Origin: Torpedo marmorata
Lineage: Eukaryota
Assembly (NCBI GenBank): GCA_977017645.1
Contig: OZ360247.1
Span: 15,190,001-15,254,000, forward strand
Reading direction: 5' to 3'
DNA length: 64,000 bases
The notes under the pieces were generated by a model, which was not told the origin of the DNA, made no database searches, and was given only the letters and a program-made list of their open reading frames with translations. Position numbers and translations under genes: made by a program. Shown one piece after another: positions 1-12,800 of the stretch. Position 1 is the first letter of the stretch. Each line of letters starts with the position of its first letter.

Positions 1-669
1 ATTCGACAAATTTATTTATGTCTGCAGTTTTGCAACAAAAATAATTGTTACTGATTATTTTTAAAACTCCTGAACTATTTGAAGAATTATTTAAAAGCAA
101 CCAAGTTTAAATGACAGTTTGCAGCACTCCAAACACCTGTCTGAAATATTTATATCCAGCAAGGGATGATTTTATCACTCCTGCTAAGTACCGTAGTTCA
201 TTCTACCGGTGGTAAGATTGATAGCACAACTCCTTGAGATGATGTTTTGCTATTGGCATCAACAACTATGTCACCCAATATCGAAATGCTTTCAAACAAC
301 AAACAAAATCAAGTTTCCCACTGATTGAGCCGCTGTCTGTTTTGGGGTTAGTTATTTTGTTTTTATTGTGACTTTTTTCTCCTTTTTGACTTTTACGGTT
401 TTTTTAATTGTCATTTTAATGACTAACTCATGATTTTTGGTGCATTTCCAGATTTGAAGATGCCTTCCTTGACCTGAAATGCATCATCGTAGTTTTTTGG
501 AAGGAATACGGTTGATCTCGTTGCTTGAACTTTTTCTGTGAATTGTTTTTTGATAAATTATCATCAGTTATGTTCATACATTGTACATTACGTACTTCAA
601 GCAGAGACAATCGAAAACTTCAATTACGTAAATGTCTGTGTTTCAGTATTTATTTAATTTATGGTAGCA

Positions 670-740
670 TCAGTGCGGCCCGCCGTTCAACCACTGACAC
701 ACCATCCGGCCCACGCATGGTGAAAGGTTGCCTATCCTTG
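670..740. mobile_element. Possible terminus of an old hAT-type DNA transposon abutting the NPEPPS acceptor region
   Basis: gtgcggcccgc...ccggccc...aaaggttgcctatccttg followed by ctctaact resembles Charlie-type ends and the NTCTARAN target. The partner end is not visible. Confidence 0.3.
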
Positions 741-772
741 CTCTAACTCTTTCCCTATATTTTGTTTTCCAG

Positions 773-880
773 CCAACAGATGCAAGGAGAGCATTTCCAT
801 GTTGGGATGAACCTTCCATTAAAGCAACATTTGACATCACACTCATTGTTCCAAAGGACAAAGTTGCCTTATCAAACATG
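773..880 (+). CDS. NPEPPS: NPEPPS exon (108 nt): [36 protein letters not shown]
   Basis: Acceptor ttttgttttccag, donor ATG|gtaagt; branch-point-like ctctaac at 741-747. Confidence 0.96.
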
Positions 881-3800
881 GTAAGTACAATTGTTTGTTT
901 TTTTTCACTGATGAGCCTAGTGACAAATAGTTGAAGAAAGGAGTGGTATTAATTAATAAATCCAGAAATGGAAATAAAATGTGGAAATTACGGTAATTGG
1001 AATATAAGAAATGGGAACAGAGTTAGGCCAGCTGAATCTTGAGACCAGCTAACTCTATATTCAGTCCAATTTTTCTCTTGCTGATTCTGCAGCAGTTCCT
1101 CCAACATGTGTTTGGTTTCAGTTTCCAGCATCTGCAGTCTCCTGTGTGTCTTCAGTCAAATCATGACTGATGTAGCTTTAGGCTCAAACCACTTTCCTGC
1201 TCTCTTACCATACCCCTTGATGCAGTTCAAATAGATATTAATCTTCACCTTCAATATATTCAATGACTTTCTAAGGTGGAGAGTTCCAAAAACATGAACA
1301 CCCGAAAGGATAAAGTTCTTTTCATCTGTCTTAAAAGGGAAATCTCTTATTCTGAAATTGTCCCTTCCTTCCAGATATCCCCACAAAGGGAAACATTCTT
1401 TCAGTCTTACTCCAGAGTCTTTTGCATTTCAGTAAGATTGCCTTCTATTTTTTTGAAATTCTGTAGGCCCAACATGTTTGCCCTCTTCATACACCATTCC
1501 CTTCATCCTATTAAACAGTTCTTTGTGCTAAAGTGCACGATTAAATACTATATCTTGAGGATGTGTTGATTCTAGTGATATTACTTAACCATGATATGAA
1601 GGAAAATGAGCTGGACAAGGTTTCTAAATTTAACAGAACACTTTTATTTGGACTTCAAGGGGCAAAATTGATGTCTGTGACAATTGCTATGTTTAGCCCC
1701 AACAACTCTTATTTTCATACAAGTTTTATATATTGTACCTGATTTTATTACTGTTCTCTTATTCTCTTTAGGCTTTCTGTCAACTTCATCATATTAGAGT
1801 ACAAAAGATTGTCAAAGGGATTTGCTTTTTGTATTTACTGGAGTCCGATTTCCTCTTTTCAATACTGCAGTAGGGTCATTGGTACTTTGTGCCTTTTTGG
1901 AGATTATCAACTTAAGATAGGTTCAATAATGTCCATCGTCTCTCACTTGGCACTGAAACTCTTGCTTCTTTAATTTAAAGCTTACTAAGATCCAACTGTG
2001 TCATTTCACACTTTGTGAGGAGTGGGGAACGAAAGGAAAAAAAAAGTAGTGTATTGTTGTAGCAGCTGTCGTTTTGATTAGTATTTTATAATGTGAAGAC
2101 AGCAATCAATAAACTTTGATTGCAGAAAATGATTAATTTTGTCTTTCCAGATTTGGTTTTCCAACTGCAAAACCTTAAATATGTCTTTATGTTAGCAGCA
2201 TCACATACATTTGTCTCTAATATAACTACCTTCATCAATTTGGTGGTGAGGTCATGTCTATATTAGAAATGACATTAAGGTTTAATTTGAGTTTTCATTA
2301 TCGTCTCTGATGAATTTACTGCTGGAGAGATCAATTGAGGACTTGGGGAGTTGGTGGAAAACGGAGCGTAATTAGAGGGATTTAGCATTCAACAAAAGTA
2401 CACTTTTGCCTGTAAATCAATATTTTGAATGTTATGAGCATGTGTATTTATGATCGATACCAGAGAGGTAACGTTTACAATTGTTGTAGTTAAACAGCTT
2501 GTGTAACTTAAACTGCTTGAAATTTACATTGAACAGTAAATTAGTGTCGTGACTTGCAAATCAATGCAATTAAATTGCTTAAAACAATGTATTTAACTTA
2601 TTGCAGCTACAAGTGCTGTGGTGCTACAAAGCCATTAGGGTGGTCTTTTAGAAGACGATTGATAATGCAGGTACGACAGTTGTGACATGTCTTCACTTGT
2701 ATTCAGTAAATTGAAACTGAATGTTAATTTTAGGAGTATGTTTGTGGGATATGATGCTAAGAAGTTCTGTAGCTGGTAGAGAGCAAAAGATGATGGCTGG
2801 AATTTCAACAGAATTTTGAAGAGATGTATGATATAATGCAATGAAAATGTAAACATTTTGATATTTCTGTGTAAGATATAAAGAATTGATTTTTAAAAGA
2901 ATACTGTTGGCTCCTTCCTCTGTCTGCAAATATAACTGACCTCATTTCTATTTTGAGAGGAATTAGTAATTTCTTTATTACTGTATTGGTTGTCTTTCCT
3001 TGCCGTATCTAAATTGTGTTCACTATTGCCAGTTTTAGCTGAATGTTGTGTCCAACAACATTATGAAGTTAAAATACAGTAATGGAGATTACTTCACATC
3101 TCTTGGGCTTGCTACTGTTAAATAGGTATTGGCTACATGAAGGGTATTCTGGTCTTTTGGTAGCAAAACCCTGCTGACACAGTTGAGTTGTAGTGAACTG
3201 AGGCTTTTTCTCACAAATATAACTGGCACATGGTGGATTGTAGCTCTGGTCCTTGATGCTGGGAGGCAATGCAGTAAGCTCAAGGACATGACCATGTTCT
3301 GATTTCAGATTTTAAATCTCCTTTCAATTACCGTATATTTCGGCATATAAGTCGACCGGCGTATAAGTCGACCCCCCCTTTTCAGCCTCATTTTAATGGT
3401 TTTATGGTATATCCGGCGTATAAGTCGACCCCAAAAATCGCAATGCCTGAGATGTTGCGCATTGACCGGCGTATAAGTCGACCCCCAATTTTCAGGCTGT
3501 CTGGGTCTCCCAGCAACAACCCAAAATTTGTTACAACATCCCAATCGCCAAGTAACAAAGCTGTAAATTAAGCAAGTACCGGTAAGTAAAAAAAACCTTT
3601 GCTTCTGGCCGGGAAGATGCAGGTGCGGCGACGTCTTTCTCCCGAGCAGGAGCGGGGAGCTCATTCTCCCGAGCAGTAGCGGGGAGCTCGTTCTCCCAGG
3701 CAGGAGCGGGGAGCTCGTTCTCCCAGGCAGGAGCGGGGAGCTCGTTCTCCCAGGCAGGAGCGGGGAGCTCGTTCTCCCAGGCAGGAGCGGGGAGCTCGTT

Positions 3801-6800
3801 CTCCCAGGCAGGAGCGGGGAGCTCGTTCTCCCGAGCAGGAGCGGGGAGCTCGTTCTCCCGAGCAGGAGCGGGGAGCTCGTTCTCCCGAGCAGTAGCGGGG
3901 AGCTCGTTCTCCCGAGCAGTAGCGGGGAGCTCGTTCTCCCGGGCAGGAGCGGGGAGCTCGTTCTCCCGGGCAGGAGCGGGGAGCTCGTTCTCCCGGGCAG
4001 GAGCGGGGAGCTCGTTCTCCCGGGCAGGAGCGGGGAGCTCGTTCTCCCGGGCAGGAGCGGGGAGCTCGTTCTCCCGAGCAGGAGCGGGGAGCTCGTTCTC
4101 CCGAGCAGGAGCGGGGAGCTCGTTCTCCCGAGCAGGAGCGGGGAGCTCGTTCTCCCGAGCAGGAGCGGGGAGCTCGTTCTCCCGAGCAGGAGCGGGGAGC
4201 TCGTTCTCCCGAGCAGGAGCGGGGAGCTCGTTCTCCCGGGCAGGAGCGGGGAGCTCGTTCTCCCGGGCAGGAGCGGCGACCTCATTCTCCCAGGTAGGAG
4301 CAGGGAGCTCAGGCTCTACAATTGTAGAATGTCTGGGTGGTTTATGGCGGCGCCCGGCGGTGGGGAGGTGTCGGGGAGCTGCGGCGCCGGCGGTGGGGAG
4401 GCACTTCCAGGGTCGACCTATACGCCGAATCGTGTTTTCAGGGGTCGACTTATACGCCGAATCGGCGTGAACTCGATTTTGAGCTGATTTTAAGGTCTCA
4501 AAAGTATATCCGGCGTATAAGTCGACCCCCGTTTTTGAGACATTTTTGAGGGTTTCAAGGGTCGACTTATACGCCGAAATATACGGTACTTCATAATCAA
4601 GTGTTACGTGGAATTAAAATTGATTGGGTAAATCTAGGACCATGAATTACTGAAATAATTTGGTATTTTCTGTTTGTTTACCAATTTGCTGTTGAAGTAC
4701 CGGTAGTTATTTCTTGTCAGTCTGACTCAGGTTTAAGACTATAAACAAGATCTATTTTCCAACAGCTGACAAGCATTAAACTGGGACTGTGCACTCCTCA
4801 CTTCCTATGCACCATTCATGCCAGATCTTTTGCATTATTTTGCTTTCAGTGATCCATCTGTGAACCTGATACTGAAAACCAGCTAATCAAACAGTATTAC
4901 TTCCATTGCAATCAACTAAAATATTCGTGTTGAATCCCAAAGTCAACGACTGCAGTCAATTAGTGTTTAACTATGATCTTTGTTCAAGAATATTTGTACC
5001 TCTGCATATAATCAGGCTGTCCCAAAGCGATGACAGCCACAAAAAGGGTGGCGCGGTTAGCGTAGCGGTTAGCGCAACGCTGTTACAGCGTCAGAAACGG
5101 GTTTGAATCCCGCGCTGACTGTAAGGAGTTTGCACGTTCTCCACATGTCTGCGTGGGTTTCCTCTGGGTGCTCCGGTTTCCTCCCACCCTTCCAACCGTA
5201 GGTCCATTGAGTGTAATTGGGCGGCAAGGCTCGTGGGCCGAAAGGGCCTGTTAACATGCTGTATGTCTAAATTAAAAATAAATTAAAATTAAATTTATTC
5301 CAGTGCCTCCAGCACTGTTGATAGATTTTATTTTCAAAATTCCTTGGAAATCTCCATGTACAGTGTGGTCTTTGGGCAGTGAGGTGAGGCACTAGGGAAA
5401 GAATCCTAAATTTCATGCTACATTGATGTTTCCGAGCTGTGGGCAGGAGTCCTTAATGCTAAACACTCAGTTATGTATTACAAATAGGAAAAAAACTTGA
5501 TTCTCCATAATTTGAAATGATTCAGACTGTTGCATAACTGGCAAAATTCTTAGTCATACAGCACAAAACCTCAGTCTCTTGCCCACACCCTAGCCTCCTC
5601 TTTCCTTACCACCCCTCAAAACATCCCACTCCTTAACTTAAACTTGCACTCTAGTTTTAGATATTTCTACTCTTTGGGAGAGAGGGTAGTTACCTATGCC
5701 TGCAGTTATGTATACCTTTCCACCCCATTCCAGACTTCACTGCTCCAGGTAGGACATGTCCAGTTTCTTCTCTCAACTGAAATGCTCCATTCTGGGATAC
5801 ACCATGGTCCGGAGAAATGCAATTTCATCGGGTTGTATATGTACTGTCAGATAATAAACTTGAATATCATGTGTAAACTATCCGATGTAATCAAGTCCCT
5901 GATGCCGATTTATTTTGCTGAAATCTTCCCAGCTAATCTCGCATTCATGCCCAGATGCTATGTCAAAATATGTATATTGCATGCCCAAATTCTCTCATTG
6001 ATAAGATTTAAGCTCTTATTCTAAATTAATAATTCAATAGAGATCTCTAATAGAGATCTCTAAAATCATGTGCACTGCATGTCTTTGCTTGATTTTGGAA
6101 AAACTGGAACTTTTGTTTCTCTATTAATAATCACTCTTGCAAATTCAAACCATAAACGATGAAGCTGCTTCCACTGCACTTCTAAAATGTGAGTCACCTC
6201 CCCTCCAAGTGCAGCATGCTTTGCTTTTCATTTTTCGCAGTACCATGCTAAATACTTGCAGGTGTGGAAATGTGAACTTCACTACAAGAGCCTATGCAAA
6301 CAGTTACTGTATTTGACAGCATATAGGACCCCCCCATTTTTAGCGTGAGATTTCAGGAAAAAATTGTTTTAGTGTATTTACCTTCACAGCAGCAACACGT
6401 CCTCCTGCCCGCCGCACGCCGAGGCTCAGGCTGCTTCCCCCCCACCGTCCAAACGCTAATTGATTGACAGGTGTGCCGGGACCTGCGGGCGCACGAGGGT
6501 GGGAGGGAGAAAAGCCGGGACAACGGGCAGGGCCCAGGCCCACCGTCGCGGGGAGCAGACAATCGATCGCTTGCTTTGAGGGGGAGCGCTGGGCCTCAGT
6601 GATCAGGCTCCATGCTGAGCCTTTGTTCGATGCGCACGGCCTCCCGAACAGATTGAATGACGCGCGGTGGCAGTGGGCAAGCGGCCTGTTGAGCTGAGCT
6701 TGACAGGCCGCTCGCTCACTGCCACCCGCCCCCGCGCCTCATTCAATTTGTTCGAAGGTCCGTGCTCGTCGAACAAAGCCTGATCATCGAGGCCCAGCGC

Positions 6801-9800
6801 TCCCCTCAAAGCACTGTTGGTGAGAGAGAGAGCGAGAGGGAGCGCGGGGGCGGGGAGCAGGCGGGCGGGGAGAGCGAGGGCGAGCGGGGAGAAAGCAGGC
6901 GTGACGAACAGGCGGGGAGAAAGCGGGCGTGACGAACGGGCGGGGAGAGCGAGCCTTCTTACTGGGGGAAGTGAGCGGCGGCGACTCCGGAAAGCACGGG
7001 CCACCCAAGGGAAGATGGTCCGCGAAGCTGTGGACCAGCTTCCTGGACTCCAATCGGTGCCCAAAATGGCGGCACCAAAATGTCACCATCGCGTATAAGA
7101 CCCGGGGTGGTTTTTGAGGCGATTTTTTGGGAAAAAAGGGGGGTCTTATATGCTGTCAAATATAGTGTATGAAGAATGCCAAACTGAGTACTTTGTGAAG
7201 TCTGTCTGGGATTTGAATACTGATGTGAATCTTTGCTTTTATTGATATATTGTTGCCTGCTTACAGTCAACCCAAAAATTGCATACCTACCCACATGTAG
7301 CAAGTACAGTAAAATCCTCGCACCTACGGGGATTGCGGATGCCGGATATGCAAATTTTCCGGTTGCCTGAGACACACTCTTACAATGCCTAACGAAGATA
7401 CCTGCATTAAGAATAAATAGTTTAAAAGACAAAAGACAATGTAAAATGTAAAGTAATTTGAAAAAAATCAGTCCTTAATTATGTAAAGTTCACTTCAATT
7501 AAGTAATTCCGTAACTTACTAAATTTAAATTTGAACCCCGGTCGCTGGCGCTGTAACAGCATTGCGCTAACCGCTACGCTAACCATGCCACCATCATAAT
7601 TAAACCTCCCCACTCATGTTTACAGATAAAGCCTTACTAATGTACTTAATACTAATGAAGATAAAGACTCTGACTAGGCAGGGATAAGGAGACACTCTAG
7701 GAGAGTCGGCCGGCTCTTCATCCTGGGCAACACTATTTTATTCAAACACAACTTTCAAACTTTATTCAAACAGCTGGTGCAGGTGGGGCACGAACATTGG
7801 CTGAATGTTTACTTTTACAATTTTAAACTTTTGTTAAATTTTTTATTTATTTAAATTCTATTTATTTATATCTTTTTTTTGCCGGTTGCTTGAATTCCGG
7901 ATACTGGGGACTTTGATGTATCAGCAAAATATCACTTTCATTGGTGGACTGTTAACTATAGCTTCAAGCAAAGCTGAAACTCTGTAAATGGTCAAAAAGC
8001 TGGTCATCAGTCTTCTACGTTTTTCATCAAGTCTGTTACTGCAGACAATTATTTCCAATAAACCCTTTTGTCGGACCAAAATGCTTATGTTTTGTCCTCC
8101 AACATCCTACAAGGTTCTCTTGAGTTTCAACTTCCCCATTGACTTAATGTATAAACATCTTGAGTAGTTGGAATTAGAAAATGTCCCAGCCAGAATAGTA
8201 ATTAGATTTTTACAGTTGAATTTGGAAGTGGGTAGAAAGATGCCCTACTCTTGATTGTTCTTGTGATGGATCTGTGCACAAGGTAGACATTTTATAAATA
8301 TAAAACCAGTCTCGGCTGTAACGCTTTGGACTCCGTGTCTTGGTTTTCCAGGGCTACCAACAAGCGCATGTACGCCATGTCCCAGTTTTCCGGGACTGGT
8401 TTTATACCCAACCATGTACTGTACTTTAATACTGTAAAGGTTTACCCATGGATCCAGTCCGGAGTATATATGACAAAAGGTTAAAAATGGCTGGAGTCCA
8501 AAGGGTTAATATCTAAATCCCAAAAAAAGTATAACTTCTGGAAATCTGAAATAAAAATAGGAAATGCTCAGCAGATCAGGCAGCATCTGTGGCGAGAGAA
8601 ACACAGCTGAGTGTTGAGATCACTTTGTTTCTTTAACAGTTGGCATTTGTTCTTTCACGTTGTTGGCAGCCAAGACATGCTATCTGATGCAGGACATATG
8701 AACATGGAACAGTACAGGAACAGGCCCTTCCGATTACATGTCTGTGCTGAATATGATGTCCAAATCAAACGAAACCTCTGCTGCTATTTGCACTTTCTCT
8801 CTTACTGCCAGATGACGCTTTGTCTGCCTTACGGCAGGCAGAAGGCAATTTTGTGTAATATTACATGTTCTTTACTATTACATGATAATAAAGGAACTTT
8901 GAATCATGAATATATATTCACGTATCTATCCAGAAGCCTTTTGAACACTGCTTTTGTATCTGCTTCCACCACTATTCCTAGCAGCCCGTCTCCAGGCGCC
9001 CACCACACAGTTTAAAAAGAATTGCCCCGCACATTTCCCTTAAACTTCCTCCCCCTCACCTTAAATGCACATTCTCTTGTGTGTTACACTTTTACCCTCG
9101 GCAAAGATTCTGACTGTCCACCCTATCGATAATTCTCATGATTTTATAAGCTACTTTAATTGCCAGATCCATGGTCCAAAAACAGGAAAGGAACAGAGGA
9201 CATTTTTAATTTGTAAGGTATATCATTATTTGTGTCTGTACAGGAGATTTCTTCAGCTCCACTAAATTGCTCTGTTTGTAGCTACTTTAGAGTGTACATT
9301 ATGTGGTCGTTAGTCACAGAAACGTGGCTAAACAAGGACATTCCGGACACGGCGCTACAGCCCAAGGGCTACACCCTCCACCGCACTGACCGAACACCGG
9401 CGTCTGGAAAAACGAGGGGAGGCGGCGTGTGTGTCATCATCAATTCATCGTGGCGCACAGACGTGACGGTCATGTCCCAGTCCTGCTCCCCCGACCTAGA
9501 ACATCTGGCGATCAAGTGTCGCCCATTCTATCTGCCGAGGGAGTTCACCGCCATCATCCTGGTCGCAGTGTACATTCCGCCCCAGGCTAACGTCAAGCTG
9601 GCACTGGAGGGACTGAGCACTGTGATAAACAGCCATGAGACAGCACATCCTGATGCCTTCCCGATCATTGTGGGAGACTTCAATCAGGCCAACCTGAAGA
9701 AGTCACTGACAAACTACCACCAACACATCACTTGCGAGACCAGGGGAACCAACACACTCGACCACTGCTACACCACCGTGAAGAACGCATACCGAGCCAT

Positions 9801-12800
9801 ACCACGACCGCACTTCGGCAAGTCTGATCACCTGGCTGTACTTCTACTCCCGGCGTACAAGCAGAGACTAAAGTCCACAGCAACAGTGGAGAGGACAGCG
9901 AAAGTGTGGTCAAGGGAGGCGGAGGAGCGTCTGCAGGACTGCTTTGACTCGGTGGACTGGAACATATTCAAGCACTCAGCCATAGACATAAATGAATATG
10001 CAACAGGTGTCACCGACTTCATCAAGACCTGCGTGGATGAGTGTGTGCCCACGCGCAAATACCGGGTGTTCCCCAACCAGAAGCCCTGGATGAATCAAAG
10101 AATTCGCAACTTGCTGAGGACGAGAACAAGGGCGTTTAAAGACGGGGACCGGGATCTTTACAAAAAGTCCAGGCACGACCTGCGGAAGGCCATCTCTGAA
10201 GGAAAGTGGCAATTCCGAAGGAAGCTAGAGACAGAGACAGATACACGCCAGCTATGGCAGGGAGTGCAGGCCATTACAGCCTACAAAACGAGGGCGAACA
10301 CTATAGACGGCTGTGATGCTTCACTACCCGATGAGCTGAACACCTTCTATGCCCGCTTTGAGAAGAAAAACAAAACAGTGCCTAATAGAATCCCTGAGAG
10401 GGCAGAGGACCCTGTGATATCTGTCTCTGAGGGCGACGTCAGAACATCATTCAAGAGGGTGAACCCTCGCAAGGCGTCAGGCCCTGACGGCGTACCTGGC
10501 AGGGTATTGAAAATCTGCGCCAACCAACTAGCCGGAGTGTTCACGGACATTTTCAACCTCTCATTGCGGCAGTCAGAGGTTCCCACCTGCTTCAAAAGGG
10601 CATCAATCATCCCGGTGCCCAAGAAGAGTAGTGTGAGCTGCCTCAACGACTATCGCCCAGTAGCACTAACTTCTACTGTGATGAAATGCTTTGAGAGGCT
10701 GGTCATGGCCAGAATTAACACATACCTAAGCAAAGATCTGGACCCACTGCAATTCGCCTATCGTCACAATCGCTCCACAGCAGATGCAATATCGCTGGCT
10801 CTCCACTCAGCTCTGGATCACCTCGAAAACAGCAATTCATACATACGGCTGCTCTTCATAGACTACAGCTCGGCCTTCAATACCATTATTCCCTCAGTGC
10901 TGGTCAAGAAGCTACAAACTCTAGGCCTCTGTACCCCACTCTGCAACTGGATCCTTGACTTTCTCATCGGAAGACCACAGTCAGTACGAATTGGAAACAA
11001 CGTCTCCTCCTCACTGATTATCAACACAGGCGCACCCCAAGGATGCGTGCTTAGTCCACTGCTCTACTCGTTATACACTCATGACTGTGTGGCCAGGCAC
11101 AATTCCAATGCCATATACAAGTTTGCCGATGACACCACAGTTGTCGGCAGAATCACAAACGGCAACGAGGAAGCGTACAGGAGGGAGATAGATCAGCTCA
11201 TTGAATGGTGTAATGACAACAACCTCGAGCTCAACGTCAGTAAAACCAAGGAGATGATTGTGGACTTCAGGAGGAAGTCAGGGGAACACAACCCAGTCCT
11301 CATCGAGGGCTCAGTCGTGGAGAGGGTCAAGAACTTCAAATTCCTGGGTGTCAACATCTCCGAGGATCTGTCCTGGAGCATCCACGTGGATGCAATCACA
11401 AAGAAGGCTCGTCAGCGGCTATACTTTGTGAGGCGATTGCGGAAATTCGGTATGTCGCCAAAGACTCTCGTGAACTTCTACAGGTGTACCGTGGAGAGCA
11501 TTCTAGCTGGTTGCATCACTGCCTGGTATGGTGGTGCCAACTCCCAGGACAAGAGCAAACTCCAGAAGGTTGTTACCTCGGCCTGTGACATCACGGGCAC
11601 CAAACTTCACTCCATCAAGGACATCTACATGAGGCGATGTCTTAATAAAGCAGCCTCTATCCTCAAGGACCCCCACCACCCAGGCCATGCCCTCTTCACG
11701 CTGCTTCCATCGGGGAAAAGGTACAGGAGCCTAAAGACGAGCACTCAACGGCACAAGGTCAGCTTCTTCCCTGCTGCCATCAGATTCCTGAACAATCAAT
11801 GAACCAAAGACACTAGTGCACTATTGTTTATAATTTTTATATAGTAATGTCGTTAGAATGGTTAATATGAATGTTAATTGCACTATGATGCTGCCGCAAA
11901 GCACCGAATTTCATGACTTGTTCATGACAATAAATTCTGATTCTGATTCTGTTAGTATGATCTATCAACTTCGGTGCATTTTATTAGACTTCAGTTTTTG
12001 TTTCAATTCACTGTGCGTAAATTGGGAGCAATAGAAAATAAATCTCTTAAACTGTTCTAAATTTAAAATGTCCACACGCCCAACATTACAAAAACAGCTC
12101 CTTCCCTTCCGCCATCAGATTTCTGAACAGACAATGAACCTATGGACACTACCTCACTTATTCTCTTTTTTGCACTAATTATTTTTTTAAATCTTATATT
12201 TACGGAATTGTAATTTATTAGCAATTTTGCACCTGTAATACACAATACAGCTGCTGCAAAACAACAAATTTTGTGACACGTTCATGATTATAAACCTGAT
12301 TCTGATTCCTCCCAATATATTACTTGAGGTTGTTCTAAATTTTGCCAAATGTAGCAGGTGATTTCCTCATCTTAATATCCATGCTTGCATGAGAAGTGGA
12401 TGGGAATCCATGCAGGAGAGACAAACATGAAAAAAGATCAAGCTTAAACCAGATACCTCGAGCTGTGGGGCAATTGATTTGTGTACGGGAAGTTCCTGAA
12501 AAACATTTCTCTCCTTTTAATGGTGCATTGGGGTCTTTTAAAAGTTAGAGCTTTGATTTTTTTTTTTTTTTTTTTGCATTGCATTCAAAATCTGCTCAGA
12601 AATGGTAACCTTAAATATTGACTGGAAATTGAACACTTGAATTTATGATGTACACAGCGGTGCTAATATAGATCAATTTGGTGAGAGTAAATGTAATTCT
12701 GAAATTTGTACCTTGTCAAAGTTGCTCTGTTCATGCGACTAAATGTTGATGCTAGATTTGCATGTAACTATTTTACATTCCAGTGGATTTGCTCAGTGAA

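Noticed and set aside
1-620. Possible decayed transposase/integrase coding remnant on the minus strand
   Set aside because: Only faint similarity across stops and frameshifts; would need tblastx or an HMM search.
3305-4285. 326-aa minus-strand ORF of SSPLL(L/P)GRT repeats
   Set aside because: Explained by a stop-free 27-bp minisatellite inside a MITE; no domain or splice evidence.
3635-4310. CRISPR-like array
   Set aside because: Units are head-to-tail with no unique spacers, the context is a eukaryotic intron, and there are no cas genes.
5046-5115. tRNA gene (also at other SINE heads)
   Set aside because: A and B boxes are present but fused to the V-domain and LINE tail; no complete cloverleaf.
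6340-7432. Cluster of overlapping GC-rich ORFs
   Set aside because: Low-complexity products expected from the GC-rich palindromic MITE interior; no transposase motifs.
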